From Minisyncoccota bacterium (GTDB lineage Bacteria > Patescibacteriota > Minisyncoccia > Phycocordibacterales > UBA9973), in contig JAQULK010000001.1 in the NCBI GenBank assembly GCA_028718635.1, positions 543,834-607,833 of the forward strand: DNA of 64,000 bases, written 5' to 3'. The position numbers and the translations under genes were made by a program. This document shows positions 57,760 to 64,000 of this stretch, one piece after another. Below the pieces are notes generated by a model. The model had not been told where the DNA came from and searched no databases. It saw nothing but the letters and a program-made list of their open reading frames with translations. Numbering within the stretch: position 1 is the stretch's first letter; every line of letters starts with the position of its first letter.

Positions 57760-57857
57760 ATATTTTATAAGGTTAATTTATAATTTTTAATAATTTACTA
57801 ATATTTCGCGACCACTAAAAACTTGTATAAACAGAGTATATATGATAACATATATCC

Positions 57858-58406
57858 ATGTCAAGTTATTCAAGAAAAATACTTAAAAAACTAGCCGAAA
57901 GACCGGCAATTTCCGTGGAAGATTTAAAAGACCTGCCTGCCATGCCTACCGGCAGGCAGGCCGGCGAGGCAGGAAATGATACTAAAACAACCTATGCTAT
58001 TTCTCGCGCCTTAAAAAATTTAGTGGAAGGCAAATATGCAGAAATTCATGAATCCGGAAGGCAAGATTACGTAAAAATTACTCCTCTTGGAAAAAATAAA
58101 TTAAACACGTTGCTCTTGGAAAATGAGAGTGTGCTGGTCCCACAAAATTGGGATGGATTTTGGAGAATTATTTTGCTTGATCTTCCTGAAAGTAGAAAAA
58201 GTGAGCGCGAATCTTTACGCTACCTTTTAAAAAAAGCTGGCTTTGTCTGTCTAAAAAATTCTGCTTGGATTTCTCCCTTCCCTTTTGAACATTTGTTTGC
58301 GAACATAAAAAAAGATCTCGGGCTCACCACCGAGATAATGATCATCGTCACTGAAAATATAGACAACGAAAGTAAAAAAGTTTTATTTGAAAGTTTTGGA
58401 AAGTAG
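57858..58406 (+). CDS. PaaX-like transcriptional regulator (wHTH plus PaaX/Cas2-like domain)
   Basis: WDGFWRIILLDLPE..K.ERESLR.LLKKAGF..LKNSAWISPF. Confidence 0.85.
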   Translation: MSSYSRKILKKLAERPAISVEDLKDLPAMPTGRQAGEAGNDTKTTYAISRALKNLVEGKYAEIHESGRQDYVKITPLGKNKLNTLLLENESVLVPQNWDGFWRIILLDLPESRKSERESLRYLLKKAGFVCLKNSAWISPFPFEHLFANIKKDLGLTTEIMIIVTENIDNESKKVLFESFGK

Positions 58407-58412
58407 TAGCAG

Positions 58413-58452
58413 CAGACGTTGGACGTCTGGGAATCTTGACGTCCAACGTCTG
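58413..58452. repeat. GGACGTTGGACGTCC family palindrome (3' of paralog 7)
   Basis: CAGACGTTGGACGTC-N10-GACGTCCAACGTCTG. Confidence 0.85.
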
Positions 58453-58456
58453 TAAC

Positions 58457-60184
58457 CTAGTATATCTCCTGCTGGTAGCATTTCTCGCAATAAACTATTT
58501 CCGGACGGTCGGGCGCATAACTGGTCTCAAATTCAACTTCGCATTTGCCTTTATGATTTGAATGATTTTCTTTATCGCACATGCACTGTCTTTTAAAAAA
58601 AATAGGTGGATTTCGCAACTTTAAACGTTCATAATGTCTGCAATTAATACATAAACGAGGCAATGGAAGGTTCATTCTTTTTAAGAAATCAAATTCTGTT
58701 TTAATTATGCGAAAAGCCTTCGTACATTCATGTTGACAATTTCCTTTATGAGCACATTCAATAGATTGATTCAAGATGTTCTCATCAATTTCTTTTATGT
58801 TATCTGGAATATCTTCATTTATTAATGTAATTTTATAATTTTGCTTTGAAGTTTCATACCACAAAAACCCTTTACTTTTCGCTTTTTCTTCACTTAAAGG
58901 AAAAAATTCATATGCTTGAGTAGCGTTGTACGGAAAAAAGGAAAATTTACTCGGAAAAAATTCTCCGTATTCACTTGTTTCTTTCATGTGTTTAATTATT
59001 AGAGGCACTATTTTTTCATATTCTTCTTTGGTGTATTGCTTGTTGAAGATGCAATATTGTTTATTTTTTAACGAAACACACCCAAAAAGATCTGACGAAC
59101 TACTACAGAAAACACAGTAAGTCAAATTCCTTACATTCGGATAACAGTAAGCACTGAATTTAATATTCGAACTTCCATCACCAACAATAAGACTTTCATA
59201 AATAAGCTCTGCATTTTCTCCATAATTAGAATAATCGTAACAATCTTTCACTGGACCACTTAAAATATTTTGAACGAATTTACTATCTTCCACCGTCCTA
59301 ACACGAAAACAATATTTTGCGTTTTTAGACCCATAGACATAATCACCGGAAACATTCATATTTTGACGGTCATGGATATATTTTTGAGGATAATTAAGCC
59401 AATGCTTATAAGCTTTGTCGCGTAAGATTTCAAAAGCTTTGTTGGAGCCCAAGTTAAATTCTGCAACTTTTTTTAAATATTCTTCTCTTGAATATTGTTT
59501 ATTAAAAATACAATATGATTTATTGCGAAGATTAATTGACCCTAAACAACTATTGCATCCAATACAATCTTTACAGAAAATCATTTCTTGGCAACTTTCA
59601 CAATCAACTGAAAAAAATGTTTTGTAACAAGTTGTTGTATTAACATTTCCATAACTTAATTCACATTTAGTTGTCATGTGACTGTCAAAGGATTGTTTAG
59701 AACCCGTGTCCCAAATAAGATAAGCGGAATCTTCCGTATAAGACGCTCCTCGAACGAGATAGCAATTTTTGCAGCTATGATTATTTGAACAATAATAACA
59801 ATTCACCATATTGTACATAGAATGTACAGGTAGTGGTACTTTATAAAGCAAATCTTTAAACTGTTCAAAAAATGGTTTTGAAAAATTATACTCTTGACCA
59901 TATTCCAAAGGATTCCAAGCATCAGAAATCCAATAATCCCGATCATATATTTTATAAGTGTTTTCTTCAGGGAAAAGTGAGAAAATTTCTTCCCCATTTA
60001 GAGCTTCCTTTTTCTTGAATAAATGCCAATCATTACGCCAAGCCATACGTCTTTGCAACCTGCATTCTGGACAAAAAGTAGGCGGTGGAACCTTTATCTT
60101 TTCATAAAAGTTAAAATCTCCCGACTCTATCGTGAAATCTTTTTGGCAATTTTGGCATATTTTGTTTTCACTGTTACTTTCCAT
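58457..60184 (-). CDS. Cys-rich family paralog 7
   Basis: Family motifs. Confidence 0.9.
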   Translation of the reverse strand: MESNSENKICQNCQKDFTIESGDFNFYEKIKVPPPTFCPECRLQRRMAWRNDWHLFKKKEALNGEEIFSLFPEENTYKIYDRDYWISDAWNPLEYGQEYNFSKPFFEQFKDLLYKVPLPVHSMYNMVNCYYCSNNHSCKNCYLVRGASYTEDSAYLIWDTGSKQSFDSHMTTKCELSYGNVNTTTCYKTFFSVDCESCQEMIFCKDCIGCNSCLGSINLRNKSYCIFNKQYSREEYLKKVAEFNLGSNKAFEILRDKAYKHWLNYPQKYIHDRQNMNVSGDYVYGSKNAKYCFRVRTVEDSKFVQNILSGPVKDCYDYSNYGENAELIYESLIVGDGSSNIKFSAYCYPNVRNLTYCVFCSSSSDLFGCVSLKNKQYCIFNKQYTKEEYEKIVPLIIKHMKETSEYGEFFPSKFSFFPYNATQAYEFFPLSEEKAKSKGFLWYETSKQNYKITLINEDIPDNIKEIDENILNQSIECAHKGNCQHECTKAFRIIKTEFDFLKRMNLPLPRLCINCRHYERLKLRNPPIFFKRQCMCDKENHSNHKGKCEVEFETSYAPDRPEIVYCEKCYQQEIY

Positions 60185-60202
60185 TTTTGAAATTTCTTAG
60201 TC

Positions 60203-60217
60203 TATCATATATGATAT
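60203..60217. promoter_or_regulatory. palindrome identical to the core of the murA-unit operator, between paralogs 8 and 7
   Basis: TATCATATATGATAT equals 10350-10364. Confidence 0.55.
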
Positions 60218-60230
60218 GCTAATTAAATAT

Positions 60231-61973
60231 TTAATATATCTCCTGTTGATAACACCGTTCACAGTATACAGTCTCTGGTCGGTCCGGAGCATAGTTCGTT
60301 TCAAATTCTATCTCGCATTTGCCTTTGTGATTTGAATGGTTTTCTTTGTCGCACATACATTCACGTTTATAAAGTCTTGGTAAGGGTAATTGTATAAATC
60401 TTTTGTAATGACGACAATTAGAACAAAGAACAGGAAGCGGTATATTGTGTTTCTTATAAAATTTTAGCTCATAATCCGTCAAACGAAAAGCTACATTACA
60501 ATGATGGTCACACCTCCCTGCATGAGCACATCCTAAAACTTCTTTCAAAATTTCATCATTTACTTCGACTATATTGTCTGGAATTTTTTCTGTTGGTATA
60601 CTAATTTTAAAATTTTTAACAATAGATTCGCGCCAAGTATAACCTTTTTTTGCTGCTTCCTCCTCTGTGATAGGAAAAAATTCCTGAGCTATAGTTTCGT
60701 TGTATCCCCAAGGAGAAAGTTCTACTGGAAAAAATTCACCATATCTATAAATCCTTCCCACCTTATCCACAAAAGGCACATTTTCCATTTGTTTTATGAT
60801 CTCCTCTCGAAGTTTATTAAATTCTTCTTTTGAATAAACCCTGTTTAAAATTGCATTTTCTTTGTTTTTTAGACCGGTACAACCAAATATATCATTGCAA
60901 TTGGCACAAAAATCAACATAATCCGCATCTCGCACAGAGTTATTGGCAGAATGGGAAAACTTTACATTGTAATCGTCTAAGGAACCTGTCACATACTCAT
61001 ACATCATCTCTGACCATCCGCTATAAGTAAAATCCATACAATCTTTTGCAACCAGAGTTCTATAGCCATATTTTACATTTTCCACATCCTCTGAATTAAA
61101 ACAATTTTTACAATTTTTCACATTGGAAAGATTATTTCCTGTAGAATTTACTGAACGAATGATGTTAGCAAAACGATAAATAGCTCTTTGCTTTATCTCT
61201 TCGAATTCCTTGATTAAGATTTCACGCGAAGCCCTGCTTTGTAAATTTAATTTCTTTATCTCTTTTAAATATTCTTCTTTTGAATATTGTTTGTTGCGAA
61301 TATAAAATTCTTTATTGCGCAAATTATAAGAAAGTAAGCAGTTACTACAATTTACACAATCAACCAAAAAATAAGAATCCAAACAATTTCTAGACAATAA
61401 AACGTGCTGGCAATTATAGTTTTTTTCTCCTTCAATATTCTCATATAAACTTTGTCCTTCCTTCATATTTGCGCAATCAATAATATCGCTGGACTTGTCT
61501 ACTGTTGTTGAATAAAAAACATTTTCTGACCCTTTAACGACAGAAACAGATAAGTAAACATTTCTTGATTCCCCAACATAGTTCGAATAATCAGAATTAA
61601 TAGAATTTCTCTGCCAAAGAGCTAACCTTGGTACAGTTTCAAGCAATTCTTTAAATTGTTCAAAAAAAGATCTAGAAAAATCATAACCCCGTCCAAAAGT
61701 AGTAGCTTCCCACGCGTCTCCATGCCAACATTCCCTACAGTAGACAGGAAAGGACACAAATTCAGCATACATTGAAATAATATTTTTTTTACACAGACTG
61801 CAGTCACGACGATACAATACCCTCTCATTACGCCAAGCAAGACGCCTAATAAATCTGCATTCCGGACAAAAAGTAGGAGGCGGTACTTTTATTTTTTCAT
61901 AAAAATTAAAATCTTCTGCCTCTATGATGAAGTCTTTCTTACAGTTTTGACAAATTTTAATTTCTTGTTTCAT
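60231..61973 (-). CDS. Cys-rich family paralog 8
   Basis: Family motifs; start trimmed to MKQEIK at 61973. Confidence 0.9.
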   Translation of the reverse strand: MKQEIKICQNCKKDFIIEAEDFNFYEKIKVPPPTFCPECRFIRRLAWRNERVLYRRDCSLCKKNIISMYAEFVSFPVYCRECWHGDAWEATTFGRGYDFSRSFFEQFKELLETVPRLALWQRNSINSDYSNYVGESRNVYLSVSVVKGSENVFYSTTVDKSSDIIDCANMKEGQSLYENIEGEKNYNCQHVLLSRNCLDSYFLVDCVNCSNCLLSYNLRNKEFYIRNKQYSKEEYLKEIKKLNLQSRASREILIKEFEEIKQRAIYRFANIIRSVNSTGNNLSNVKNCKNCFNSEDVENVKYGYRTLVAKDCMDFTYSGWSEMMYEYVTGSLDDYNVKFSHSANNSVRDADYVDFCANCNDIFGCTGLKNKENAILNRVYSKEEFNKLREEIIKQMENVPFVDKVGRIYRYGEFFPVELSPWGYNETIAQEFFPITEEEAAKKGYTWRESIVKNFKISIPTEKIPDNIVEVNDEILKEVLGCAHAGRCDHHCNVAFRLTDYELKFYKKHNIPLPVLCSNCRHYKRFIQLPLPRLYKRECMCDKENHSNHKGKCEIEFETNYAPDRPETVYCERCYQQEIY

Positions 61974-61975
61974 TT

Positions 61976-63649
61976 TTAAGCAATATTCTGCTTGTAACAT
62001 TCTTCGCAAGCGATTTTCTGATATCCCCACTCTGGCAAATAATACGCTTCAACTTCTTTTTCGCAATAAAAACACTTATACGGATATGCTTGCAAAACGG
62101 TCAAGTATTTCAAACTATTTTTTATACGCACGTCAAAATGACGACGCGGAAGCGGAATATTGTTCTCTCTATAAAAAGAGAGTTCGTTTTGGGCAATATT
62201 AAAACGCCAGCCTGTCTCCGGGCATATGAGCGCTTGAGTAATAATGGTATCTGGTACATCTTTTATGTCATCAGGCAATTCGCTTGTAGGCATTCCATCT
62301 ATATGATTCTCTATGATATCTTCCCAATAACCTCCAAGTTTTAAAATATCTTCTTTTTTTGTATCTGGAAAATATAAAAAGCTTGTTGAAAAATTGAAAG
62401 GTCCTGCGCTCATAGCGTAAGGTAAAAACTTTCCATATTCTCCCCTCTTTTTCATATCAGAAACTATTTCATCTTTTAGTTTTTCATACTCTTCCTTGTC
62501 ATACTGTTTATTTAAAATGCAATATTTTTTCTTCTTGAGTCCAACACAACCAAAACAATATTCACATTCAAAACAAATGTCTAAATATTCAGAATACCTG
62601 GAAGGAGACCAACTCGAATATTTGAGAGAATAACTATTTCCTTGACAGGCGCTGCAATTACCAGACAATTCCAAAAACTGACAACCATTAGAATCAATAC
62701 TTGATTTTAATTCTTGCCCTCTGATACAATTTGATAAATCTTCAGAAGTTTGTATCGTATTACAATTGTGACAATTTTTTACATCTAATAAATAATTTCC
62801 ATCTGAATTATGTGTTTTTAGATTAAAATTTGGCCTGTGAACTACCTCTTTTATAATTATTTCCTCAAAACGTCTTTTATATTTTTGGATAGAACCATAG
62901 GAACCTAAATTAAATGATTTTATTTTTTTTTCATATTCCTCTTTAGAATACTGAACATTTTCTATGCAATGAGATTTGTTGCGTAAATTCCAACACATAA
63001 AACAGTTTTGGCAATTTCGACAATCGTATAAAAATCTAGAGTCTATGCAATCACGAGAATGTTTGGAATAAAAAAGTTTATAAGAGTTAAAGCAATCTGA
63101 GGAATCATAACTTTTTTCGCAAAAAAAACCAACAATCATATCAAAAGAATTCTTTACTCCTATATTTCTATATGAATAATACAAATCTTCACAATCCACC
63201 ATCGAACGAGATAAATAACAATTTTTTGAATTCCAAACATCATCGCACCAATCACAACCAGTATTCTTTATACCTCCTTGGTGTGGGTGAGGAATTTTTT
63301 CTTGAAGTTCTTGTAATTGCTCAAAAAAAGGCTTACTAGAATTATAATCCATTCCATAATCCATCGCGTCCCATTTGTCGCTGTACCATTCGTTTAAAGT
63401 ATAGATCGGGTATCTGCTTTTTTCCGGCAAAACAGTGATCAAGCTCTCTCCTGAAAGGTCTGATTTGCCTTTGCGGAATTTTCCAAACATCCAAAAAGAT
63501 AAATGTAATTTTACTCGACAGAAAAAACAAAGCGTTGGCAGTTCAATATCAACTTTTTTATATAAAGATAATTCCTCTTCTGTAATTGTGAAGTCTTGCT
63601 GGCAGTGTTCACAAATTTTATGTTGCTGATTCTTTGTATTCATATACAT
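61976..63649 (-). CDS. Cys-rich family paralog 9 (most divergent)
   Basis: CEHCQQDF...LPTLCFFCR, CRNCQNCFMC, EYGKFLP, CFYC...CEECY; overlaps the grpE 3' end. Confidence 0.88.
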   Translation of the reverse strand: MYMNTKNQQHKICEHCQQDFTITEEELSLYKKVDIELPTLCFFCRVKLHLSFWMFGKFRKGKSDLSGESLITVLPEKSRYPIYTLNEWYSDKWDAMDYGMDYNSSKPFFEQLQELQEKIPHPHQGGIKNTGCDWCDDVWNSKNCYLSRSMVDCEDLYYSYRNIGVKNSFDMIVGFFCEKSYDSSDCFNSYKLFYSKHSRDCIDSRFLYDCRNCQNCFMCWNLRNKSHCIENVQYSKEEYEKKIKSFNLGSYGSIQKYKRRFEEIIIKEVVHRPNFNLKTHNSDGNYLLDVKNCHNCNTIQTSEDLSNCIRGQELKSSIDSNGCQFLELSGNCSACQGNSYSLKYSSWSPSRYSEYLDICFECEYCFGCVGLKKKKYCILNKQYDKEEYEKLKDEIVSDMKKRGEYGKFLPYAMSAGPFNFSTSFLYFPDTKKEDILKLGGYWEDIIENHIDGMPTSELPDDIKDVPDTIITQALICPETGWRFNIAQNELSFYRENNIPLPRRHFDVRIKNSLKYLTVLQAYPYKCFYCEKEVEAYYLPEWGYQKIACEECYKQNIA

Positions 63650-64000
63650 TGACTCTCGCAGGGCGTATCACGCGTTCACCTAGTTTGTAACCTTTCTGAA
63701 TCACATTGGCGACTGTGTGGTCTTGTTCTTTTTTGTTTGTCTCCACTGCTTCGATAGACTGATGAATATTCGGATCAAAATTCTCTCCGGTTTCGCCTAT
63801 TGCTTTCACTCCATACTCTTCAAAGATTGCATTCATTTGCGCGTAAATATATTCGACGCCCTTTCTCCAATTGTCGTCTACTTTCTCCCAAGCTTCTTTG
63901 TTTGCAAAAGCCATATCAAAACTATCAGAGACTGTTAGGAAACGAGTCAAAATTCTTTCTCGCATCGCTTCTGAAAAAATCGCTTTCCGATCTTCTTCTT
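63618..64000 (-). CDS. grpE: nucleotide exchange factor GrpE, C-terminal part
   Basis: GENFDPNIHQSI, VIQKGYKLGERVIRPARVNV; the 5' end lies outside the window. Confidence 0.95.
   Translation of the reverse strand, partial: EEDRKAIFSEAMRERILTRFLTVSDSFDMAFANKEAWEKVDDNWRKGVEYIYAQMNAIFEEYGVKAIGETGENFDPNIHQSIEAVETNKKEQDHTVANVIQKGYKLGERVIRPARVNVYEYKESAT

Noticed and set aside
57858-58406. CRISPR-Cas (Cas2-like domain)
   Set aside because: The protein is PaaX-like; no regularly spaced repeat array or other cas gene was seen in the window.
1-64000. Alternative genetic code 25 (TGA read as Gly)
   Set aside because: Full-length genes such as topA and recR end in TGA, and long ORFs have no internal TGA.

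Overview
AT-rich chromosomal segment read with genetic code 11 (topA and recR end in TGA). The gene content and style point to a CPR/Patescibacteria (Parcubacteria-like) bacterium; this is an inference. The backbone is housekeeping: ftsQ-like (partial), serS, dprA, topA, rel, parB, tRNA-Leu(CAA), HTH-murA, miaA, gltX, murG, ftsW, mraY, scpAB, pepA, a partial rib cluster, aspS, prs, pheA, trpR, trpS, dnaB, recR, rplU, cysS, dnaJ, dnaK and grpE. Four unusual layers sit on top. (1) Nine ~560-590 aa Cys-rich paralogs, all on the minus strand, are wedged into housekeeping operons. They show mosaic shared DNA tracts (one of 486 identical nt), and 8 of 9 have a palindrome just after the stop codon; two of those palindromes match operators elsewhere in the window. 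(2) Three amino-acid attenuators (His, Phe, Trp) lie within 9 kb. The His leader is the C-terminus of the YerC/HisR repressor gene itself, and the His and Trp units control tiny unknown ORFs instead of biosynthesis operons. (3) A family of short inverted-repeat elements is inserted exactly at start codons with an ATGNA duplication, and two further families of long hairpins share a core but have copy-specific arms. (4) Many REP-like palindromes are inserted in frame in protein genes. All alignments and folds were done by eye; no database searches were run.
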